A DNA stretch of 64,000 nt, taken from the NCBI GenBank assembly GCA_007375725.1, contig VMEV01000003.1, positions 50 through 64,049 on the forward strand, read 5' to 3'. Positions 57,297-64,000 of this stretch are shown one piece after another. Source of the DNA: Parcubacteria group bacterium Greene0416_36 (lineage in GTDB: Bacteria; Patescibacteriota; Patescibacteriia; VMEV01). The notes beneath the pieces were generated by a model that had not been told where the DNA came from, ran no database searches, and saw nothing but the letters and a program-made list of their open reading frames with translations. The position numbers were made by a program, and so were the translations under genes. The number at the start of each line of letters is the position of its first letter. Within the stretch, counting starts at the first letter, position 1.

Positions 57297-58568
57297 TTGA
57301 TATTAACAAAATGTCGTATGAATAATAAAAATACAATTCCAGCCTTGCTTTTATTATCCAGTTTAGGGATGGGGTTTTTGGGCGGGGTTTTGGGCGTCCT
57401 TTTATCCAAAAGTACCCTTGCTATCCAAGCAAAAGATGGCATTTTAGAAGATTTATCAATCCCTTTGCAAATACAAGAAGAGGAAAATGCCACCATTTCC
57501 TCGGTCACTAAAGCGATGCCATCGGTTGTCAGCATTGTTGTCTCTAAGGATCGAGCCTTATTATACCGTGGCGCGGGGATGGAAGATTTATTTTTCGGAT
57601 TTCCTTTTGGCTCATCTCCTTATCGGGGCGGCAATCCAATTGTGCCAGAGAATGTCGCCAATAATGAAGATACTGCCGGAGAATCCATTCGAGAACAGGT
57701 GGGTGGGGGCACGGGATTTATTATTTCGGCAGATGGAATGATTCTCACCAATAAACATGTGGTTTCGCTCGAAGCTGCCGAATATACGGTGGTTACTCAA
57801 GACGGCAAAGAATATCCGGCAACTGTACTCGGCAAGGATCCTTTTAATGATTTTGCCATTGTTAAGATAACAGCCCCGGAATCCCTTCCTGTTTTGGAAT
57901 TGGGAGACTCGGACCAGATACGAATTGGCCAGACAGCTATTGCTATTGGCTACAGTCTGGGCCAGTTTAAGGATACGGTGACCAAGGGAATTGTCAGCGC
58001 GATTAACCGGAGAGTAGTGGCAGGCGATGGTCTGGGAGCTAGCGAAGTGATCGAAGAGGCGATACAGACGGATGCGGCCATCAATCCCGGTAATTCCGGA
58101 GGACCCCTCCTCGATATCGCGGGCCGGGTGATCGGAATCAATACGGCTGTGAGTCAGTCTGGGCAGCTGATTGGTTTTGCCATCCCCATCAATAGCGCCA
58201 AAGCTGTGATAGATAATGTGAAAAAATTTGGACGTTTGGTTCGTCCTTTCCTTGGCGTTCGTTATATTTTGATCGATGAGTCGATTGCCGAAGAGCGGAA
58301 GCTGTCTCGTGATCATGGTGCCTTGATTGCCCGATCGGAGAGAAAGAATGATCCTACGATATTGCCCGGATCTCCGGCCGAGAAAGCGGGTTTGGCCGAA
58401 GGAGATATCATTTTGGAGGTCGATGGCACGGAGGTCGACCAAAAGAATTCTCTCCCGGAGCTCATCTCTCGAAAATTACCCGGAGATACAGTCTCGCTTA
58501 AAGTTCTCCGAGAAGAAAAAGAAATCACAAAGCCCGTTGTGCTGGAAGAATTTGTGGCTAAATTATGA
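57297..58568 (+). CDS. htrA: HtrA/DegP-family serine protease with C-terminal PDZ domain
   Basis: Catalytic triad context (TNKHVV, D, GNSGGPLLD), PDZ (GDIILEVDG). Confidence 0.85.
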   Translation: MILTKCRMNNKNTIPALLLLSSLGMGFLGGVLGVLLSKSTLAIQAKDGILEDLSIPLQIQEEENATISSVTKAMPSVVSIVVSKDRALLYRGAGMEDLFFGFPFGSSPYRGGNPIVPENVANNEDTAGESIREQVGGGTGFIISADGMILTNKHVVSLEAAEYTVVTQDGKEYPATVLGKDPFNDFAIVKITAPESLPVLELGDSDQIRIGQTAIAIGYSLGQFKDTVTKGIVSAINRRVVAGDGLGASEVIEEAIQTDAAINPGNSGGPLLDIAGRVIGINTAVSQSGQLIGFAIPINSAKAVIDNVKKFGRLVRPFLGVRYILIDESIAEERKLSRDHGALIARSERKNDPTILPGSPAEKAGLAEGDIILEVDGTEVDQKNSLPELISRKLPGDTVSLKVLREEKEITKPVVLEEFVAKL

Positions 58569-59693
58569 CTTGGCAGGAAGCTAAAAATTTAATGGTGGAC
58601 CTCCGCGTGCGAATCGACAACACGTGGGGGTTGCTTTGACTTGGAAAATCGCTTGGCCCAGATTGTAGAACTCGAAGGTGAAATGGCTGAAGCGGGATTC
58701 TGGCAGAGGCCCGGGGCAGAAAAAAAAGCCAGAGAGTTTGGGGCGTGGAAAGAAGAAGTCGAGGGATGGAAAAAGCTGCGTTCCACTATTCTGGCTCTCA
58801 CCTCTCTTTTGGAAGAGGCCCAGGTTGCCAATGATTTGGAATTATTGTCTTCGATCATGGCTGAATATCGGGAAGCCGAGGCCTCTTTCTCCAAAATGGA
58901 GTTTGGCGTTTTTTTGGGCGGGCCTTATGATGATTTGGGCGCACTTCTCAGCATTCACGGAGGAACCGGAGGGGTGGACGCGCAGGATTGGGCGCAAATG
59001 CTTATGCGCATGATCATTCGTTTTTGCGAGAAAAAGAAATGGAACGTGACTATTTTATCCCTCTCCGCCGGGGGCGAAGCGGGAATCAAAAGCGTGGATA
59101 TCCGAATTGAGGGGCGTTTTGTCTATGGCCATCTCAAAAGCGAGGCAGGACTGCATCGGCTGGTTCGCATTTCTCCTTTCGGCTCGGCGGATACGCGGCA
59201 GACTTCTTTTTCCTTGATTGAGGTGATCCCCCTCTTTGATGATATTTCGGAGATCGAGATTCGTCCGGAGGACCTGCGGGTGGATACCTTTTTGGCCGGG
59301 GGGCATGGAGGGCAGGGGGTTCAGACGACTTATTCAGCCGTCAGAGTGGTTCATCTTCCCACGGGAATAACTGTTGCCTGCCAGAATGAACGTTCTCAAA
59401 TACAGAATCGTGAAACTGCCATCAGTGTGCTTAAAAATAGGCTCTACCAAAAAGCCCTTGAAGAAAAGGAGTCCAAAGAAAAAAAATTACGGGGACAGCA
59501 TAAAGAGAGTCAGTGGGGAAGCCAGATACGCTCTTATGTTTTGCACCCTTATAAATTGGTCAAGGATCATCGCTCCGGCCACGAATCAACCGATCCGGAG
59601 AGCATTTTGGATGGAGAGTTGGATCTGTTTATGCTGGCTTATCTCCGCTGGGCCAAAGGGCTAGAAGTGCAGGACAAAAAGCCAAGCAATTGA
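58565..59693 (+). CDS. prfB: Peptide chain release factor 2, with programmed +1 frameshift (short frame-0 ORF ending at CTT TGA C; main body in +1 frame)
   Basis: SPF and GGQ motifs (ISPFGSADTRQTSF; AGGHGGQGVQTT); TGGGGGTTGCTTTGAC mirrors the E. coli AGGGGGTATCTTTGAC shift site; ORF track starts main frame at 58641 (TTG), with an ATG at ~58565 overlapping the htrA stop in a different frame. Confidence 0.75.
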
Positions 59694-59746
59694 TTATTTT
59701 ATTGTTTTAATATAATCTATTAGATTATTAAATCGAATTTTAGTGT

Positions 59747-60667
59747 ATGGGAAAAAGTATTTTAGTCACTGGCGGGGCTGGTTTTATAGGGTCTCATCTT
59801 GTGGATGCCTTGGTTTTGGCTGGCCATGTCGTGGTGGTGGTGGATGATTTATCCGTCGGGAAAAAAATGTTTTTGAATAAGGGGGCGAGATTTTCCAAAA
59901 AAGATATCCGAAGCGAGTCCATGGATGCTTTATTTAAAAAATACCAGTTTGATTGGGTTTTTCATTTGGCCGCGCATAAAAGTATTCGCCACTCTCTGGA
60001 ACATCCGAGCTATGACGCAGATATCAATATCATGGGAAGCCTTAATATCATTGAGCTAGCGGTCAAATATGGGGTGGAGCGACTGATTTTTCCGTCTTCG
60101 GCGGCCGTGTACGGCAACTGCCCGACCATCCCCAGCCATGAGAATATCAATGTTTATCCTATAAGCCCTTATGGAATCAGTAAATATTCTATTGAACTCT
60201 ATTTGAATTTTCTCAGGGAGCATCGGGGGCTTTGCTCGGCGGCGCTTCGTTTTTCCAGTGTCTATGGCCCGAGGCAGGATACTTCCGGAGATGCGGGGGT
60301 GATCGCGGTTTTTGTTCATAAGGTAATCAAGGGAGAAACGCCGACGGTGTTTGGAGATGGCACCCAGTCCCGCGATTTTGTGTTTGTGGGCGATATCGTG
60401 CGCGCTGCGATTTTGGCCGCGGAATCAAGTTATTGCGGAGTCGTGAATGTAGGGACGAATCACGAGATCTCTTTGAATATGCTGCTCGATTCCATGCGCC
60501 GGGCGTCCGGAAAAAATTTCAAGGTGGAATATGCAGACTGGGTGCCGGGAGAAATTCGCCGCAGTCTCCTGGATAATTCTTTGGCCCAGAGAGTGCTAGG
60601 GTGGGCACCGGAAGTGAGCCTAGATGAGGGGCTTCGTAGAACCTTTGAGTATTTCCGAGCTAAATAA
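59747..60667 (+). CDS. NAD-dependent nucleotide-sugar epimerase/dehydratase (extended SDR; GalE/UXS-like)
   Basis: TGGAGFIGSHL Rossmann motif, YxxxK region. Confidence 0.8.
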   Translation: MGKSILVTGGAGFIGSHLVDALVLAGHVVVVVDDLSVGKKMFLNKGARFSKKDIRSESMDALFKKYQFDWVFHLAAHKSIRHSLEHPSYDADINIMGSLNIIELAVKYGVERLIFPSSAAVYGNCPTIPSHENINVYPISPYGISKYSIELYLNFLREHRGLCSAALRFSSVYGPRQDTSGDAGVIAVFVHKVIKGETPTVFGDGTQSRDFVFVGDIVRAAILAAESSYCGVVNVGTNHEISLNMLLDSMRRASGKNFKVEYADWVPGEIRRSLLDNSLAQRVLGWAPEVSLDEGLRRTFEYFRAK

Positions 60668-60678
60668 TTTCTTGATAT

Positions 60679-61974
60679 ATGACCGTGGGAATTGTCGGCG
60701 CCGGTCCGGTGGGACTCACCTATGCGGTGGGTTTGGCTAAAAAAGGTTTTGGGGTGCAGGTTGTAGACATTGATAAAAATAAAATCAATTCTCTTCGAGG
60801 CGGCAAAGTGCCTTTTTATGAGAAAGGATTGGAAGAGGCGCTGAGTCAGGCTATAATTCTCGGAACTATTGCTTTTTGGGATCAGTGGAATTTGGATACT
60901 CTGCCTGATATCTGGATTATCTGCGTGGGGACGCCGGAGGGAAAAGACGGACGAGCGGATCTCCGCTTTTATAAAGGAGCCTTGAGTTCGCTCGTTCCTT
61001 TTTTGAAGAATCAAGCCATAGTCATCAACAAAAGTACGGTGCCTTTGGGAACTGCCCAGATGGCGGATGCTTTTTTTAAAACTCAGGTTCCTGATAAAAA
61101 AATTTTCGTCCTTTCAAACCCCGAATTTTTGGCGCAGGGAAAATCCATGGAAGACTTTTGGGATCCACAGCGTATTGTTATTGGCCAAGGGCATCCGGAA
61201 GAGTTTGTCAGAAAATCTCTGGAGGAGATCTATGGCTGGGCCAAGTGTCCTTTTGTATGGACCGATTGGAATACGGCTGAGCTCATCAAATATGCCTCGA
61301 ACGCTTACTTGGCCACTCAGATATCATTTATTAATTCTATTGCCGGAATATGCGAATCCATTGGCGCGGATGTCACCGAGGTGGCCGCCGCCATGAAGCT
61401 GGATGACCGCATCGGGAAAAAAGCTTTTTTGGGTGCGGGACTGGGATATGGAGGCAGTTGTTTTTCTAAAGATATTCAGTCTCTTATTTCTCTTGGGAAA
61501 GAGACGGGCGCTGCGGTCGAATTATTGGAGGCTGTGGATCACATGAACGACAAACAAATCAGGAGATTTATTTCTAAAATCACCGGCGCTCTGGGTGGGG
61601 ATATAACTGGCAAAACCATTGCTATTTGGGGACTTGCCTTTAAGCCTCATACGGATGATCTTCGAAGTGCCCCCTCCATAGAAATCATCGATTCTTTGGA
61701 GTCCTTGGGGGCTAAGGTCCGGGCTTATGATCCAAAAGTGGGAGAAAAAATTTTAGCCCGATGCCCTGGGGTTCGGGTTTGTTCCTCAGCCGGGGAGGCT
61801 GCGTCTGGGGCTGACTGTATTGCTCTCTGTACCCAATGGGAGGAATTTCGAGATGTTTCATTTGAGGAACTCGCGGCCTCGGTCCGCAGTCCCATTTTGG
61901 TCGACGGGCGAAATCAGTTTGACAAAGAGCTTCTCGCTGGCTTAGGTTGGAAATATATTAGCATCGGCAGATAA
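60679..61974 (+). CDS. ugd: UDP-glucose 6-dehydrogenase
   Basis: N-terminal GAGPVGL Rossmann, GGSCFSKD catalytic Cys motif. Confidence 0.85.
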   Translation: MTVGIVGAGPVGLTYAVGLAKKGFGVQVVDIDKNKINSLRGGKVPFYEKGLEEALSQAIILGTIAFWDQWNLDTLPDIWIICVGTPEGKDGRADLRFYKGALSSLVPFLKNQAIVINKSTVPLGTAQMADAFFKTQVPDKKIFVLSNPEFLAQGKSMEDFWDPQRIVIGQGHPEEFVRKSLEEIYGWAKCPFVWTDWNTAELIKYASNAYLATQISFINSIAGICESIGADVTEVAAAMKLDDRIGKKAFLGAGLGYGGSCFSKDIQSLISLGKETGAAVELLEAVDHMNDKQIRRFISKITGALGGDITGKTIAIWGLAFKPHTDDLRSAPSIEIIDSLESLGAKVRAYDPKVGEKILARCPGVRVCSSAGEAASGADCIALCTQWEEFRDVSFEELAASVRSPILVDGRNQFDKELLAGLGWKYISIGR

Positions 61975-62038
61975 AAAGAATGACGAATTCATTTCCTTTT
62001 TCTTACCCTTCACCTGATTTTTAATTGGGTGGAGGTTT

Positions 62039-63481
62039 ATGTTTTTATTTTTTCGGCATTTTACGCGGTGCGTATTCTCATTTCTATTGGGGATTGTCTG
62101 CTTTTATGCCTTAGGGGAGAGTGCTCTCGTGGCGGGGTTTTTATGTTTGGGAGTTTGGGGGGTATTTTCCCGTAGATATTTATTGGCTGGATTATTGCTC
62201 CTGTTATTTTTCGGAGGCACGCTCCGCTCCTATGCTGATTTGTCTTTGTGGGAATATCACGATAATACGAGAGGTTTTTGGGGCCAGTCGGTGGTTTTTC
62301 GTGGAAAAGTGGCAACCTCGAAAGAGACACAATCCGGCATGAGCTATGAAATCGTGTCTCTCGAACCGTTTATTTCCGGCCGACTCGCCTCTCGGGGAGA
62401 CATTTACCCGCGTCTTTTTCGGGGAGATATTATCGAGGCACGGTGTCGGGTGGAGGCGCCGGTTTCCTCGTCGGATTTTGATTACGCCCGATATCTATTG
62501 GGGCGGAAAATAAAGTCGATTTGCCAGAATCTAAGCTGGGAAAAAATAGGGAGCGAGGATCAGGGAATGATTGCCCTCGGGGTAGAGGCTTCCAAAAAAT
62601 GGCTGGATCGGACATGGAACCGTTTGCTTTCACCCCCGTATTCGTCCTTGGTTTTGGCTCTGGTTTTCGGCGATGCTCGGGGTTTGGATTCCGCCAGCCG
62701 TGATCTGTTTGCGAAAGCGGGATTGTCCCATATTTTGGTGGTGTCGGGCTGGCATATCAGTTTTTTTATCGATCTCTTAGTTCGCGGGGGAACTCGGGTG
62801 GGCATTCCCAAGCCGTGGAAACTAGTTCCAGTTTTGGCCATGCTTTTATTTTATCTCCTGATTCTCGATTTTCAGAGCGCGGCCCTGCGGAGTGCGATCA
62901 TGGGTGTTTTGGCTTTTGGCGCGGCACTCTCGGGACGAGTCTATGATTCGCGCCGTGCGTTATTTTTTTCGGCGGGTCTTATGTCTCTGGCTTCTCCTTC
63001 TATTATTTTCTACGATATTGGATTTCAGTTGTCTTTTTTGGCGACCTTGGGAATACTGGTTTTGGAGAAAACCATCACCGGTTGGATTCCCGCGATTTTT
63101 TCTTGGGGAAAGATACGCGAGCATGCCTCCCTCACTATCGCCGCCTCTATTTTTACCCAGCCTCTCCTCTTGTATTATTTTGGCGTATTTTCTCCCGTAG
63201 CTCTCTTGGCCAATGTGCTGGTTTTGCCTTTTGTTGCCTCTATTGTACTCTCGGGTTTAGCCGTGACTGTGATTGCCGCGGTGTGGTTTACACTGGCCCA
63301 ATATCTTTCGATTTTATTATGGCTTGCCTTGATTCTGCTTGAAAATAGTATCCAATTGCTTCTTCGGATCCCCTATGCCTATTTTGACTTCCGTTTGGGA
63401 GGAGTCGGATTGCTCTCTATTTATTTATGTTTTGGTCTTATTCCTATCGTGCTTTATCAGAAAAATAAGAAGAGAGTATGA
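62039..63481 (+). CDS. comEC: ComEC/Rec2 DNA-uptake channel, membrane (DUF4131 + competence) portion only
   Basis: Polytopic membrane protein with LVVSGWHISFF (ComEC LxxSGxH motif); ends with ATGA overlap into next ORF. Confidence 0.75.
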   Translation: MFLFFRHFTRCVFSFLLGIVCFYALGESALVAGFLCLGVWGVFSRRYLLAGLLLLLFFGGTLRSYADLSLWEYHDNTRGFWGQSVVFRGKVATSKETQSGMSYEIVSLEPFISGRLASRGDIYPRLFRGDIIEARCRVEAPVSSSDFDYARYLLGRKIKSICQNLSWEKIGSEDQGMIALGVEASKKWLDRTWNRLLSPPYSSLVLALVFGDARGLDSASRDLFAKAGLSHILVVSGWHISFFIDLLVRGGTRVGIPKPWKLVPVLAMLLFYLLILDFQSAALRSAIMGVLAFGAALSGRVYDSRRALFFSAGLMSLASPSIIFYDIGFQLSFLATLGILVLEKTITGWIPAIFSWGKIREHASLTIAASIFTQPLLLYYFGVFSPVALLANVLVLPFVASIVLSGLAVTVIAAVWFTLAQYLSILLWLALILLENSIQLLLRIPYAYFDFRLGGVGLLSIYLCFGLIPIVLYQKNKKRV

Positions 63482-64000
63482 AGCGATTGTATTTATTGTT
63501 GGCATTGGTCATTGTTGGGGTGGGTGTATTTTGGTTTTGGATCTGTCAGACGGACTTCATTATGGAAGTTTCCATTTTAGATGTGGGGCAGGGGGATTCG
63601 ATTCTGGTCCGGTCTCCCGAGAAAATTATGTTGATCGACGGCGGTCCGAATGCGCGGGCCGTGTCGGAATTGGGCAGGGTTTTGCCCGCGGGTACAAAAA
63701 AGCTTGATTGGGTGGTGATCACGCATCCGCATCTCGATCATTTTGGCGGATTATTTTGGGTTGCGGATCGATATGAGATCGGCGAGCTGTGGGTCTTTAC
63801 CGTATCGGGAAGCCCTCAGTATGAGCGGTTTTTATCTTTGGCTCGGGAGAAAAAAATTCCTGTCAGGATGCCTGCGGCTCCGGAGCAGATTGATTTGGGG
63901 GGAGGTGTTCGGGTGGAAGTTCTCTACCCTTTTCAGGCCGGTAATCCCTTCACGAACAATGACTCGGTCGTCCTCAAGGCAAGCTATGGCGAGATTGAGT
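63478..64000 (+). CDS. Metallo-beta-lactamase domain protein (ComEC C-terminal domain encoded as a separate ORF); partial, runs off window
   Basis: N-terminal TM helix then ILDVGQGDS...DWVVITHPHLDHFGG (HxHxDH MBL motif); not in ORF track because no stop within window. Confidence 0.6.
   Translation, partial: MKRLYLLLALVIVGVGVFWFWICQTDFIMEVSILDVGQGDSILVRSPEKIMLIDGGPNARAVSELGRVLPAGTKKLDWVVITHPHLDHFGGLFWVADRYEIGELWVFTVSGSPQYERFLSLAREKKIPVRMPAAPEQIDLGGGVRVEVLYPFQAGNPFTNNDSVVLKASYGEIE

Noticed and set aside
1-64000. Alternative genetic code (UGA recoded, as in some CPR lineages)
   Set aside because: Long ORFs for conserved genes are intact and terminate cleanly under the standard code, including TGA stops at the htrA and comEC ends. 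There is no sign of in-frame TGA read-through.
1-64000. Insertion sequences, integrases, prophage or CRISPR-Cas
   Set aside because: No transposase, integrase, phage structural or cas-like translations were seen in any frame. The AT-rich island lacks a recombinase.

Overview
This is a gene-dense bacterial chromosome segment that reads with the standard genetic code. Long ORFs are intact, so UGA recoding is not indicated. Gene content and style suggest a reduced CPR/Patescibacteria-like genome; this is an inference. Housekeeping genes dominate: prmC-prfA, rpmE, trpS, nrdAB, pepA, xth, parAB, topA, dprA, pth-der plus an LCP gene, lepB, hisS, rpsU, ybeY-dgkA-ftsA-ftsZ-htrA-prfB, a GalE-like epimerase, ugd, and a comEC that appears split into two genes. 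Four tRNAs are present: Tyr-GTA, Gln-TTG, Met/Ile2-CAT and Leu-CAA. I found no rRNA, CRISPR array or transposase.

The things I would look at first:
1. A high-copy composite palindromic intergenic repeat of about 85 nt, with 9 full copies plus half or degenerate copies. Each copy sits at a gene 3' end and several overlap stop codons.
2. A second, 3-copy GC-rich palindrome (GCACAGCGCGCTGTGC core) whose flanking arms differ between copies but stay self-complementary.
3. An 11-kb operon (42.5-53.8 kb) encoding two giant surface proteins of 831 and 2400 aa. Both have TrbC/VirB2-like N-terminal membrane anchors and Gly-rich linkers. One also carries IPT/TIG repeats, a Cys-rich region and tandem C-terminal Kazal domains; the other ends in type-IV-pilin-like globular domains. 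Two small membrane-anchored TSP3-like Ca-binding proteins follow and are translationally coupled into ybeY.
4. An AT-rich island (24.6-27.9 kb) flanked by tRNAs and carrying cell-wall-related genes (SLT-like, DUF218).
5. A 110-nt near-perfect palindrome between a large secreted protein gene and a GH15 gene.
6. Two roughly 1-kb non-coding stretches (12.1-13.2 kb and 14.06-15.03 kb) with strong-SD micro-ORFs and terminator-delimited candidate ncRNAs.
7. A DoxX membrane protein with Cys-rich tails, and a canonical prfB +1 frameshift site.

All coordinates are hand-counted and may be off by 1-2 nt.
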